The notes: generated by a model from the letters alone, not told the origin. A DNA stretch of 64,000 bases from Clostridia bacterium (GCA_045645485.1 JAZRIX010000020.1:33681-97680); one strand, 5' to 3'; numbered from the stretch's first letter, positions 20,137 through 30,070 are shown. Program-made: numbers and translations.

Positions 20137-20967
20137 ATGAGCAAAGCAGATAAAATCTTTGTGGAAATGTGCAAGGATATAATTGAAGACGGCTGGTCGG
20201 ATGAAGGCCTTGATGTACGTCCGAAATGGGAGGACGGAACTCCTGCACATACCGTAAAAAAATTCGGTGTTGTGAACAGGTATAATCTTGCTGAGGAATT
20301 TCCAATTTTGACTCTCCGTCCCACATATCTCAAAAGTGCTATTGATGAAATTCTCTGGATATGGCAGAAAAAATCAAATAATATCAAGGATTTGAAAAGT
20401 CATATATGGGACAGCTGGGCTGATGAAAACGGCTCAATCGGAAAAGCCTACGGCTATCAGATGGGTGTAAAGCACAAATACAAAGAGGGCGAGTTTGATC
20501 AGGTTGACAGAGTTCTTTTTGACCTGAAAAACAATCCTCAAAGCCGCAGAATTATGACAAATATATATGTGCATCAGGATTTGAATGAAATGAATCTTTA
20601 TCCCTGTGCATACAGTATGACATTCAATGTTACTGGAAACAAGCTGAATACAATTCTTAATCAGCGTTCTCAGGATACATTGACTGCAAACAGTTGGAAT
20701 GTTTGTCAGTATGCAGTGCTTACACATATGTTTGCACAGGTAAGCGGTCTTGAAGTAGGCGAATTTGTTCATGTTATTGCCGATGCTCATATTTATGACA
20801 GACATATTCCTCTTGTTGAGGAGCTTATCAGCCGTGAACAGTTTGATGCACCGAAGCTTATAATCAACAAGGATATAAAGAATTTCTATGATTTTACTCC
20901 CGATGACTTTGTACTTGAAAATTACAAAGCCGGTGAACAGATAAAAAATATTCCCGTTGCAATTTAA
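20137..20967 (+). CDS. thyA: Thymidylate synthase (ThyA type)
   Basis: 276 aa with EFPILTLRPTYLKSAIDEILWIWQ, RRIMTNIY, the catalytic-Cys context LYPCAYSMTFNV, and LNQRSQD. Confidence 0.95.
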   Translation: MSKADKIFVEMCKDIIEDGWSDEGLDVRPKWEDGTPAHTVKKFGVVNRYNLAEEFPILTLRPTYLKSAIDEILWIWQKKSNNIKDLKSHIWDSWADENGSIGKAYGYQMGVKHKYKEGEFDQVDRVLFDLKNNPQSRRIMTNIYVHQDLNEMNLYPCAYSMTFNVTGNKLNTILNQRSQDTLTANSWNVCQYAVLTHMFAQVSGLEVGEFVHVIADAHIYDRHIPLVEELISREQFDAPKLIINKDIKNFYDFTPDDFVLENYKAGEQIKNIPVAI

Positions 20968-20986
20968 TGAAGAAAGGAAAAATAAT

Positions 20987-21481
20987 ATGAACATAATTGC
21001 GGCTGCAGATTTGAATTGGGGAATAGGAAAAGACAATGACTTGCTTGACCATATTCCGGAGGATATGAAATTTTTTCGTGAAAAAACAACAGGTTCGGCT
21101 GTTATTATGGGGAAAAATACTTTTCTTTCTTTCCCAAATCAGAAACCTCTTCCAAAACGTTTGAATATTGTTCTTACAAGTGACAAAAGCTTTGCGCCTG
21201 AGGGTGTTACTGTGTGCAGGTCAATGGAAGAAGCAATAGATACGGCAAAAAAAGAATATGATAATGAAAAAATATTTTTTATCGGCGGTGAATCAGTATA
21301 TCGCGAAGCCGAAAAATATGCTGATACTGCGTATATAACAAAAATAGAAAAGGAATATGAAGCTGACAGATTTTTGTTGAACTTTGATGAAAAAGACAAC
21401 TGGTATATTGCAAATGAAGAAATGATGAAAACAGAAAAGGGTATTTATATTACCTTTGTGACTTATAAAAAAACTGTATAA
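20987..21481 (+). CDS. folA: Dihydrofolate reductase
   Basis: MNIIAAADLNWGIGKDNDLLDHIPEDMKFFREKTTGSAVIMGKNTF, LPKRLNIVLT and FFIGGESVY. The ATG at 20987 has an AAAGGA RBS 9 nt upstream. The track's TTG at 20957 overlaps thyA and is less likely. Confidence 0.93.
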   Translation: MNIIAAADLNWGIGKDNDLLDHIPEDMKFFREKTTGSAVIMGKNTFLSFPNQKPLPKRLNIVLTSDKSFAPEGVTVCRSMEEAIDTAKKEYDNEKIFFIGGESVYREAEKYADTAYITKIEKEYEADRFLLNFDEKDNWYIANEEMMKTEKGIYITFVTYKKTV

Positions 21482-21484
21482 AAA

Positions 21485-21505
21485 AGGGCTTATGAGCCCT
21501 TTTTG
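21485..21505 (+). terminator. Rho-independent terminator after folA
   Basis: Stem agggct/agccct with a 4-nt loop, followed by TTTTT. Confidence 0.7.
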
Positions 21506-21548
21506 TGCATAATAAAATGTTTCGGACAGTCAGAAAGAGAGTAGAAAA

Positions 21549-22790
21549 ATGATTGAAGTAAAAAATCTGACAAAAACATACAAGATTTATGATAAGCCTT
21601 TTGATAGAATAAAGGAGTCTCTTTTTCCTCGGTTTTATGAGAATAAAATCAAGGAATTTAATGCTCTTTTTGATGTTAATTTTGTTATAGAAAAAGGCGA
21701 AACCGTGGGTATAATAGGAAAAAACGGTTCAGGGAAGTCAACACTTCTGAAAATTCTCACAGGGGTTATAAACCAGACCTGCGGAGAAAAGGTTATGGAC
21801 GGAACTGTGTCTGCTCTATTGGAGCTTGGTGCAGGATTCAATCCTGAATACACGGGTATAGAAAATATATATCTCAACGGAACAATTATGGGAATGAAGA
21901 AGGAAGAGGTAGACGAAAAGATAAATGATATAGCAGAATTTGCTGAAATCGGAGATTTTATAAACCGTCCCGTAAAGAATTATTCAAGCGGTATGTTTGT
22001 ACGTCTGGCTTTTGCTGTTGCAATCAATACCGACCCTGATATTCTGATTGTTGACGAGGCTCTGGCAGTTGGTGACTACCGTTTTCAGGCAAAATGCTAC
22101 AACAAGTTTGAAGAGCTGAAGGAAAAAGGAAAAACCATTCTTTTTGTAAGTCATGATATTGATGCTGTACGCCGTTTCTGCACAAGGGCAATCTGGATAG
22201 ACAACGGAAAGGTTGTTCTGGACGGTGACGTGAATGAGGTTACTTCAAAGTATATGGAGTTCATAACAAGCAACGCTGCATCGGCAGAGGAGCTTTTTGC
22301 AAAAGAGAAAGAAAAAATAACTGTAAGAATTGATGAAATAAAAGAATTTAATGAAATAAACCGTTTTGGTTCGGATGTGGGTTGCATAAAAAATGTAAGA
22401 CTTCTAAAAAACGGAATGGAAACAGAAATATTTGAATGCGGTGAGAATATTACAATTGAAACAGTTGTGGATATTCCAAAAGAAGCAAACCTCCAGAATG
22501 TAGGCTTTGCTGTGGCACTGAAAAACAAGAACGGTCTTGATATGCTTGTTTCTGCGATTCACGATGTAGAAAAAAGATTCAAAAAAACAGGAAGAAACAT
22601 AGTGAGAGTTACCTTTCCAATGTATCTGAATGTGGGTGAATATACAGTTATTTCAAGCCTCGAAAAAAGGGAAACCGTGCCTATTCAGTATTATGATTAT
22701 ATAGAGGGTGCGGCTTATGTAAAGGTAATATGTGACAAAGAACATTTTGGTGTTTTGAATGTTCCTGCAGAAATTGTTATAGGAGAATAG
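21549..22790 (+). CDS. Polysaccharide/teichoic-acid export ABC transporter ATP-binding protein (Wzt/TagH-like) with a ~160-aa C-terminal extension
   Basis: 413 aa. The N-terminal NBD starts YKIYDKPFDRIKE, typical of ABC-2 glycan exporters. It has Walker A GKNGSGKSTLLK, signature YSSGM and Walker B ILIVDEAL. Residues about 250-413 form a non-NBD region resembling the Wzt C-terminal carbohydrate-binding module. Confidence 0.85.
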   Translation: MIEVKNLTKTYKIYDKPFDRIKESLFPRFYENKIKEFNALFDVNFVIEKGETVGIIGKNGSGKSTLLKILTGVINQTCGEKVMDGTVSALLELGAGFNPEYTGIENIYLNGTIMGMKKEEVDEKINDIAEFAEIGDFINRPVKNYSSGMFVRLAFAVAINTDPDILIVDEALAVGDYRFQAKCYNKFEELKEKGKTILFVSHDIDAVRRFCTRAIWIDNGKVVLDGDVNEVTSKYMEFITSNAASAEELFAKEKEKITVRIDEIKEFNEINRFGSDVGCIKNVRLLKNGMETEIFECGENITIETVVDIPKEANLQNVGFAVALKNKNGLDMLVSAIHDVEKRFKKTGRNIVRVTFPMYLNVGEYTVISSLEKRETVPIQYYDYIEGAAYVKVICDKEHFGVLNVPAEIVIGE

Positions 22791-22792
22791 CT

Positions 22793-25700
22793 ATGAAAAA
22801 CCAAAAAAATGTTGAAATAAATTCCGGTGATTATTGGGAAAAACGCTTTGCCAGCGGTGACTGGGATCTCAATGAAGGACGTGAGCAGAGCATATTTTTT
22901 TATGAGCTGGCTGTCAATAATTTTCCCGTATGGCTGGGTGAGGATGCAAAAAAGAACCGTCTTTCCGTCTGTGACATAGGATGTGCAGAGGGTGAAGGTG
23001 TAAATGTTCTTGGAAAATATTTTACGGAAAGTGAAATTACAGGCACCGATATTTCCGAATCTGCTCTTGAGATTGCCAAAAAAAGATACCCAAAGTATAA
23101 TTTTGTGAAGGATGATGTGAACAACTTCAAATCGGAGTTTGACATAATTTTTTCCTCAAATACTCTGGAGCACTTCACAAACGGCGGTGAGCTTTTGCGA
23201 AAGCTGATGAAAAACAGCCGAAAATACTTTGTTGTTCTTTTGCCGTTCAGAGAATTTGACAGAATTGACGAGCATTTTTATACCTTTGATTACAAGACAT
23301 TCTCTCTGATAAACGAAGAATTCAATCTTATATTTTTCAAAGAAATTGACTGCACTTATATTGAAGGTACTCAATGGCCCGGAAAAGAAATCCTTGTAAT
23401 CTATCAGCGAAAAGATACAGAAGGAATAAAAGACAGAACTCTTGAGGATATTGGAGAAGGCCTTCTGGATTCTTTGAACATTGCTCAAAATAATGTAGAA
23501 AATCTTGGCGCAAAAATAAAAGAGCTTCAGCAAAATCTTGAAGAAGAAAAAGGAAGAAGTATTCAGCTTGAAGAGAGAATAGAAGCGGACAGAAATGCAA
23601 TTATGCAGATTCAGTTTGAAGCTCATCAGCACAAGCAGGAGGAGCTTGACCTTCACGAGACTTATGTATGGCGTACGGGTTTGAAAATAGAAAAAATTCT
23701 TCAAAAAACCGGTATTTCATTCATACGTTCTCTTTTGGTGCTTTCGGATTACAAGAGAATGGGTCTTTTTGTTACATTGCGAAAAGGCCTGAATGAAGCT
23801 ATGAACCGTGAGAACGTAACTCACAAAAAACGCAGAAAGCTTCAGCTTTGCAGAGCAAAATTCAACAGATACAAAAAAGAACGCAACAATGCTATGGGTG
23901 ACATTCTTTCTTCATTCAAAACACCTTGTGAAGAAGGGCTTGTTTCCATTGTTCTGCCTGTTTTCAACGGTGAAAGTGTTCTTGCAGAATCAATTGAATC
24001 CGTTCTGGCACAAAGCTACGGGAATTTTGAGCTTATTGTGGTTAATGACGGCTCAACGGATAAAAGTCTTGAAATAGCCGAAAGGTATGCAGAAAAAGAT
24101 AACAGAATAAAAATAATCAGCCAGTGCAACAAAAAGCTTCCTACAGCACTGTCTGTTGGTTTCCGTAAGGCAAAGGGTGAATTTTTGACCTGGACAAGTG
24201 CGGACAATATTATGCTTCCTGACTGCTTGAAGATTCTTGTTGAGAATCTTGAAAAAAAACCTGATACTGCTATGGTTTTCGGAAATATGCGTCTTATAAA
24301 CAGCAAGGGAAAAATAAAAAGAGGTCATTTCTGGTTTGAAAAACCCTTCTTTTCGGGCAATGTGTCTCTGCCCAAATCTGTTGAAAGCCTGAATACCTTT
24401 GCAAATAACACAATCGGTGCAGCATTTATGTACAGAAAATCTGCGGCATTTTTGCTTGAAGATTATTCAAAATACAAGACAAATCTTGAAGATTACGACT
24501 ACTGGATGAGAATGAATTCCTTGCTCAGAATAGAGCATATTGATGAAGACAAGCCTCTTTATCTTTACAGAATTCACGATGAATCTCTCACTGCTCACGA
24601 CAAGGAGCTGGGTATAACAAAGAACCGTTACAAGCTGATGGTGCTTGATGACTTCAGACGTGATTTTTATATGTCGGTTATGGTATGGATAATAGAAACT
24701 GAGGACAGCGAAAATATACATTACAAGGAATTTGTGAAGGCGGTTGAGAATGCAGGACATATGATTTTCAGCCGTGAAGAGGCGAACTCTGTTTCAGCTC
24801 CCGAGAATTATTCCTGTTTTTGTTATGCATATTTCGGAAAGGCTGAAAATGCTTCGACAGACGGCATCAACATAAATCTTTCAGGTTCGGTTCTGGTGTG
24901 TGATGAGCCTTGTGAAAAGGATGGATTTGATCTTTTGGTTACCTGCAACTCCGATGCGAAAATTTTTGATGCAGGGGATTACAGAGGCTGGTTCGGTGCA
25001 AAGGACGGAAAAGCTGTTTTTGATATTGCCGATACAAAAATAAAGAACAAAATTTTGTACCGTCTTGAAAAAATGATTGATGACCCTGACGATTATCAGA
25101 GAAAGATTTCTATAATTATCTGTACCTATATGAGAGGCGAAAAGCTGATTGACGCAATCTGGTCGGTAATCCGTCAGTCAATGAGCAAAAAGGAATATGA
25201 AATTATAATTGTGGACAATGCTCCCACAACGTCCGGAATAAGAGAAACTGTTGATGATTTCAGAAAAAAATACAGCGATAATGAAGGATTTATCAGGTAT
25301 ATAGGTGTTCCGCAAAAGGGTTTGTCCTATGCACGTAACGCAGGAATGTGGAACGCAAAGGGTGAATATCTTCTGTTCCTTGATGATGATATTCTGGCGG
25401 ATTATTATTTGCTGGAGGAAATATTCACGGGCTTCAAATATCATCCTCACGTTGGCATTGTGGGAGGCCAGGTTATTCTTGAAAGACCCTTCCCAACTCC
25501 CAAGGTTCTCAGAAAAGGCTGGGAAAGTCTCTGGAGTCAGTTCAAGATATCAGGAAATACCTTCAGGGAGGTTACTCAGCAGTTTGAATTCCCTTACGGT
25601 GCAGATTACGGTGTACGCCGAAGTGCAATCTGGAGAATCGGCGGTTTCCGTATGTGTTACGGCAGAGTGGGTAATGATTTTGCAGGCGGCGAGGAAACAG

Positions 25701-26038
25701 CTCTTGCCTTCAAAATGCTTGATATAGGCTACGGTATCGGTCTTCAGCCGAGAGCAAAGGTTCTGCACAGAGTTGACCATTCACGATTCACTCACGAACA
25801 CGTGAAAAAGACTATCCGTGCAGGAGTTCTCACCACTTACAGATTCTTCTGCGACCTTCATACCGATATTGGCTGGACGCGCAGATATGCCAAAAATCAG
25901 ATAAAAATTACCCAGAAGGAAATAAATATTCTTACAAGAAAAAATGCAGACAGTCTTGATATATTCTACAAAAAATCATATCTTGATGCATGGCAGAGAC
26001 TTCTTGAGTATATTCAGGAAACCGAAGCGGAAAGGTAG
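22793..26038 (+). CDS. Multidomain glycan synthesis protein: class I SAM methyltransferase, coiled coil, GT2 glycosyltransferase, second GT2 glycosyltransferase
   Basis: 1081 aa. The methyltransferase motif I is VCDIGCAEGEG, with DIIFSSNTLEHF, in aa ~1-205. A heptad-rich segment (NVENLGAKIKELQQNLEEEKGRSIQLEERIEADRN) spans aa ~215-290. GT2-A reads VSIVLPVFNGESVLAESIESVLAQSYGNFELIVVNDGSTD. GT2-B reads ISIIICTYMRGE...YEIIIVDNAPT...LFLDDD. Confidence 0.85.
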   Translation: MKNQKNVEINSGDYWEKRFASGDWDLNEGREQSIFFYELAVNNFPVWLGEDAKKNRLSVCDIGCAEGEGVNVLGKYFTESEITGTDISESALEIAKKRYPKYNFVKDDVNNFKSEFDIIFSSNTLEHFTNGGELLRKLMKNSRKYFVVLLPFREFDRIDEHFYTFDYKTFSLINEEFNLIFFKEIDCTYIEGTQWPGKEILVIYQRKDTEGIKDRTLEDIGEGLLDSLNIAQNNVENLGAKIKELQQNLEEEKGRSIQLEERIEADRNAIMQIQFEAHQHKQEELDLHETYVWRTGLKIEKILQKTGISFIRSLLVLSDYKRMGLFVTLRKGLNEAMNRENVTHKKRRKLQLCRAKFNRYKKERNNAMGDILSSFKTPCEEGLVSIVLPVFNGESVLAESIESVLAQSYGNFELIVVNDGSTDKSLEIAERYAEKDNRIKIISQCNKKLPTALSVGFRKAKGEFLTWTSADNIMLPDCLKILVENLEKKPDTAMVFGNMRLINSKGKIKRGHFWFEKPFFSGNVSLPKSVESLNTFANNTIGAAFMYRKSAAFLLEDYSKYKTNLEDYDYWMRMNSLLRIEHIDEDKPLYLYRIHDESLTAHDKELGITKNRYKLMVLDDFRRDFYMSVMVWIIETEDSENIHYKEFVKAVENAGHMIFSREEANSVSAPENYSCFCYAYFGKAENASTDGININLSGSVLVCDEPCEKDGFDLLVTCNSDAKIFDAGDYRGWFGAKDGKAVFDIADTKIKNKILYRLEKMIDDPDDYQRKISIIICTYMRGEKLIDAIWSVIRQSMSKKEYEIIIVDNAPTTSGIRETVDDFRKKYSDNEGFIRYIGVPQKGLSYARNAGMWNAKGEYLLFLDDDILADYYLLEEIFTGFKYHPHVGIVGGQVILERPFPTPKVLRKGWESLWSQFKISGNTFREVTQQFEFPYGADYGVRRSAIWRIGGFRMCYGRVGNDFAGGEETALAFKMLDIGYGIGLQPRAKVLHRVDHSRFTHEHVKKTIRAGVLTTYRFFCDLHTDIGWTRRYAKNQIKITQKEINILTRKNADSLDIFYKKSYLDAWQRLLEYIQETEAER

Positions 26039-26046
26039 GAAGGAAA

Positions 26047-28275
26047 ATGTTCAGTTATTTAAAAAAGTTATTTTTCGGAGTGAATGAGCCTGAAGAAAAG
26101 GTTCTGAATCTTTATCAGTACAAGTTTCTGAGATATAAAGAGGAACGTGACAAAAAGTATCCTCTTGATTTGAAAAAAGTTCACGTTCCACAGAAGAAGG
26201 ATATGATTTCTGTTATTCTGCCCGTTTTCAACGGCGGTGATATTCTGGCAGATTCAATTGAATCTGTTCTGAGACAAACATATTCCAACTTTGAGCTTAT
26301 TATCATAAACGACGGTTCAAAGGATAATACTCTTGAAATTGCACGCAGTTATGAAAAGAAGGACAGCAGAATACGTGTGCTTACACAGGAGAACAAGAAA
26401 ATTCCCAGAACCCTTTCAAGAGGCTTTCGTGAGGCTGTGGGCGAATTCCTTACGTGGACAAGTGCTGACAATGTTATGGACGACAATTTTCTTGAAAAAA
26501 TGGTGGGTGATTTGAAATCAAAACCCGATGCTGCAATGATTTGGGGGAATATGCGTCTTATTGATGCAAAGGGAAAGAAACTGAAGAATCATGGTTGGTT
26601 TGAATATCCTATGGGAAGCTCAAACGTTATGTTTCCGCACAACGCCTTTGAGCTTAATACCTATGCCAACAACACAATCGGTGCGGCATTTATGTACAGA
26701 AAGGTCGCTGCTGAAATTTTAGGCTGTTATTCAAGCTACAAGCATACTCTTGAGGATTATGATTACTGGATGCGGATGAATTCTCTCTTTCAGCTGAGAC
26801 ACACGGATTTTTCTGAGCCGGTATATTCCTATCGTTGGCACGACGGTTCACTGACGGCAAAGGACAAGGAGCTAGGCATAACAAAGAACCGTTACAAGCT
26901 TATGGTTTTTGACGATTTCAGACGGGATTATTATCTTGCACCGCTTATCTGGTATGTCTGCAGTGATGAAAAAAATGCAGCTTTAGCTGATGAATTCAGA
27001 AAAAAAATAATTGAAACAGGACATATATTGGTGGAAAAAGAGGATTTTGCGGATATGTTCTTTGGCAAAGGTGTTTCCAATCTTGTATTTGCAGATTTTG
27101 GCGGTGCAGGTTGTGACACGGTTTTGCCTTTTGATGCAATAAAAGTCGGAATAAATACTTCAAAATCCGAAAGCTATGGTTTTGTCACAGCCTTGACCGA
27201 TGATGCGGATGAAGGCTTTGACGGCTATTGTGTTGATGATGTTGAAACACTGTTCTCCTTTATTGATGCAAAGGCAAAAAATGATATTCTTTACAGCATA
27301 GAGGGACGATTGGACAGCGAAACCGAATTTTCAAAGAAGGTTTCTGTTGTGCTTTGCACACACAAGATTTCTGAAACACTTTCTGACTGTATGGAGGCTC
27401 TTTGCAACCAGAGTGAAAAATCGGAAAACTTTGAAATTGTGTTTGTAAATAACAATTTCCGTGACAGAGAGTTGAAGGAATTTGTTCAGGAAACAAAGAA
27501 AAAATACGGTGATGTTGAAATAAATTACATAACAGCACCCCAGAAAGGCTTGTCCTTTGCCAGAAACTGCGGTATGTGGGAAGCCAAGGGTGAAATTGTA
27601 CTTTATGTGGACGACGACTCTATTGCATCACCCAATCTGATAAGTGAAACAATAAAATCCTTTGAAGGTCGTGAGGATCTGGGTACCTGCGGCGGTCAGG
27701 TGCTGCTTACTGTTCCCAAGGAGGCCGAAGAGCTGGTAACTGAAAAAACCATCGGTCTCTGGAGCAACCTCAGTATTGAGGGCAAGGGCTTCAGATACGC
27801 AAAGGATTACGGTGATTTCCCCTACGGTGCAAACTTTGCTGTGAGAAACAGCTGTCTCAGAATGATTGGCGGCTTCAGATGCAATTACGGCAGGGTGGGA
27901 AATAACTTTGCCGGGGGCGAGGAGACCCTTGTATGCTTTATGATGGAGCAGATAAATATGAGGGTTGGTCTCAATGCGGATTCTGTGGTTGAACACCGTG
28001 TAAGTCCTGACAGATTTACTCTTGAGCATATAGAAAAGACAACCTGCTCGGGAATTATGACTCAGTACAGACTGAGAAGAGATTTGTATGCTCCTCAGGA
28101 CTGGAACGATATAAATATAAAAGAACGTGCTCAAAAGGCTGAGAAAATGGCAAAGCTTTCAAAAGAAGGAACAGCCGATTTTGTTTATTATGCATCTACT
28201 GCAAAGGCTTTCAGAGAGGTTCTTGTATCAAGACAGAATGATTATGAATATCTGACAAAGAATAAATGCAGATAG
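26047..28275 (+). CDS. Dual-domain GT2 glycosyltransferase, paralog of the C-terminal two thirds of the preceding protein
   Basis: 742 aa. GT2-A reads ISVILPVFNGGDILADSIESVLRQTYSNFELIIINDGSKD. GT2-B reads VSVVLCTHK...FEIVFVNNN...LYVDDD. The shared blocks LEDYDYWMRMNSL and ELGITKNRYKLMV align with the upstream gene. Confidence 0.88.
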   Translation: MFSYLKKLFFGVNEPEEKVLNLYQYKFLRYKEERDKKYPLDLKKVHVPQKKDMISVILPVFNGGDILADSIESVLRQTYSNFELIIINDGSKDNTLEIARSYEKKDSRIRVLTQENKKIPRTLSRGFREAVGEFLTWTSADNVMDDNFLEKMVGDLKSKPDAAMIWGNMRLIDAKGKKLKNHGWFEYPMGSSNVMFPHNAFELNTYANNTIGAAFMYRKVAAEILGCYSSYKHTLEDYDYWMRMNSLFQLRHTDFSEPVYSYRWHDGSLTAKDKELGITKNRYKLMVFDDFRRDYYLAPLIWYVCSDEKNAALADEFRKKIIETGHILVEKEDFADMFFGKGVSNLVFADFGGAGCDTVLPFDAIKVGINTSKSESYGFVTALTDDADEGFDGYCVDDVETLFSFIDAKAKNDILYSIEGRLDSETEFSKKVSVVLCTHKISETLSDCMEALCNQSEKSENFEIVFVNNNFRDRELKEFVQETKKKYGDVEINYITAPQKGLSFARNCGMWEAKGEIVLYVDDDSIASPNLISETIKSFEGREDLGTCGGQVLLTVPKEAEELVTEKTIGLWSNLSIEGKGFRYAKDYGDFPYGANFAVRNSCLRMIGGFRCNYGRVGNNFAGGEETLVCFMMEQINMRVGLNADSVVEHRVSPDRFTLEHIEKTTCSGIMTQYRLRRDLYAPQDWNDINIKERAQKAEKMAKLSKEGTADFVYYASTAKAFREVLVSRQNDYEYLTKNKCR

Positions 28276-28294
28276 AAATCGGAGAAACTGAATT

Positions 28295-30070
28295 ATGTTC
28301 AAAAAAATGCAATGGAAAATAGTTGTTCTGTTCGTGGCACTGGTTCTTGCCATTATGCTTATTGTGGGAGTGTATATGTTCAACAGTATTGTAAAGATGT
28401 ACACAAATTCTTTTAATGAACAGATGGACAAGGTTATGTCAGGCGATTTCACAACAGTTATAACAGAGATACTGACAAGCAATGCAAAGGCTGAGGAGCG
28501 TGTAAACAAAATAAATACAGTTATTTCGGCTTATTCTGCTCAGCTTGGACTTTCTGAACAGAGACAGTGTGCTGTGCTGAACGCCGCAGATGCATCAAGG
28601 GTTGTTTATACAGGTGCAAATGCCGAGGTTTTTGAGAAAACTCCCAACATTCTTCAGGCAATGACGGGTACTGTGGGCAAGGATGTACGTTTCTCGTCTG
28701 AGTATATGGATTATGCTTATTTTGTAAATGGCGGAAAAAACGGAAATTATATTATTTATGTGAAGGATAACAAAGAGGATATCAATGACCTGATTCAGAA
28801 TATGCTTTACATTATTATTCAGGCATTGCTGTTCGGAAGTCTTGCGTCCATCTTTCTGGGATACTTTCTTTCAAGAACAATTACCAATCCTATTTCCATT
28901 CTTACCGAAAAGGCAGAAGACTTTGCCGAAAGAAACTTTGACTCAAATCTGGAGGTTTTCTCAAAGGATGAACTGGGAACTCTGGTTGAGACCTTTAACT
29001 ATATGGGCGGAGTTATGAAAAATGCCATAAACGAGGTTGCAGGCGAAAAACACAAGCTGGAAGTTATACTTGAAAATATCAACAACGGTATAATAGCTTT
29101 TGGAACAAATCAGGAAATCATTTCAATTAATATGGCGGCAAAAAATATGCTGAACATTGATGAAACAGAAGGAATACTTTTTGATGATTTCTTCCGTGAG
29201 TTAAGCACAAATGTATGTATGGCTGAATTTATGTATCTCAAGAGATTCCGAACCGAGACACGTGATATGGTTGCCAACAACAAGCACATAAAGGCATATT
29301 TTCTTCCCTTCCGCATTGAAGAAAACAGTGTGGGAGGAGTGGTATGTGTATTCAATGATGTTACCGAAGAATTCAATCTTGAGTGGTCGCGGAAAAAGTT
29401 TGTTGCAGAGGTTTCGCATGAGTTGAAAACTCCTCTGACTACCATCGGCACATATACCGAAACTTTGATAGACAATTATCCTGTGGGCGAAGAAATGGAG
29501 CTTTCATTCCTCAAAACCATTCATAATGAAACAATAAAAATGACAAATCTTGTAAAGAACCTTCTTACTCTTTCAAAGTTTGATGCCCAGAGTGTTGAAA
29601 TGAACAAGGAGGCGTTTGAGCTTGGAGAAATGCTTCGGGAGGTTGTGCAGACTTTCAGGGTGGAGGCCGAAAACAAAAATCAGGAGCTTATTTTCAATGT
29701 AGTAAACGTAATACCTATCGTATATGCAGACAAGTTTCAGCTTGAAAGAGCTGTGAAAAATATAATTTCGAACTCAATGAAATACACTCCCGAAAACGGA
29801 CGTATCGGAGTTTTTGCAGGTTTTGTGAATAATGAGGCATACATAAAAATTGAGGATAACGGAATCGGTGTTCCTGAGGGTGATCTTGAGCACGTTTTTG
29901 ACCGTTTTTATCGAGTGGACAAGGCACGTTCAAGAGAACAGGGCGGAACGGGTCTCGGTCTTTCAATTGCCAAGGAAATTATAGAGAATCACAAAGGTAC
30001 AATAAGTATGGAAAGTGTTCACGGCGAATTTACCAGAGTGACCATTACTTTGCCCATAAATACTGAATAA
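28295..30070 (+). CDS. Membrane sensor histidine kinase (TM, extracytoplasmic domain, TM, HAMP, PAS, HisKA, HATPase)
   Basis: 591 aa with the H-box FVAEVSHELKTPLTTI, the N-box and G-boxes, and GGTGLGLSIAKEIIENHKG. It starts 19 nt after the GT gene. No response regulator gene is adjacent. Confidence 0.9.
   Translation: MFKKMQWKIVVLFVALVLAIMLIVGVYMFNSIVKMYTNSFNEQMDKVMSGDFTTVITEILTSNAKAEERVNKINTVISAYSAQLGLSEQRQCAVLNAADASRVVYTGANAEVFEKTPNILQAMTGTVGKDVRFSSEYMDYAYFVNGGKNGNYIIYVKDNKEDINDLIQNMLYIIIQALLFGSLASIFLGYFLSRTITNPISILTEKAEDFAERNFDSNLEVFSKDELGTLVETFNYMGGVMKNAINEVAGEKHKLEVILENINNGIIAFGTNQEIISINMAAKNMLNIDETEGILFDDFFRELSTNVCMAEFMYLKRFRTETRDMVANNKHIKAYFLPFRIEENSVGGVVCVFNDVTEEFNLEWSRKKFVAEVSHELKTPLTTIGTYTETLIDNYPVGEEMELSFLKTIHNETIKMTNLVKNLLTLSKFDAQSVEMNKEAFELGEMLREVVQTFRVEAENKNQELIFNVVNVIPIVYADKFQLERAVKNIISNSMKYTPENGRIGVFAGFVNNEAYIKIEDNGIGVPEGDLEHVFDRFYRVDKARSREQGGTGLGLSIAKEIIENHKGTISMESVHGEFTRVTITLPINTE

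Noticed and set aside
20957-20986. Track-proposed N-terminal extensions (folA 20957, aspS 36002, gatA 38089, ymcA 49078, rluD 59591, lspA 59203, malQ 44008, fruK 12846)
   Set aside because: In each case a downstream start has a proper Shine-Dalgarno at 5-10 nt and matches the conserved family N-terminus. The extension overlaps the upstream gene or lacks an RBS.
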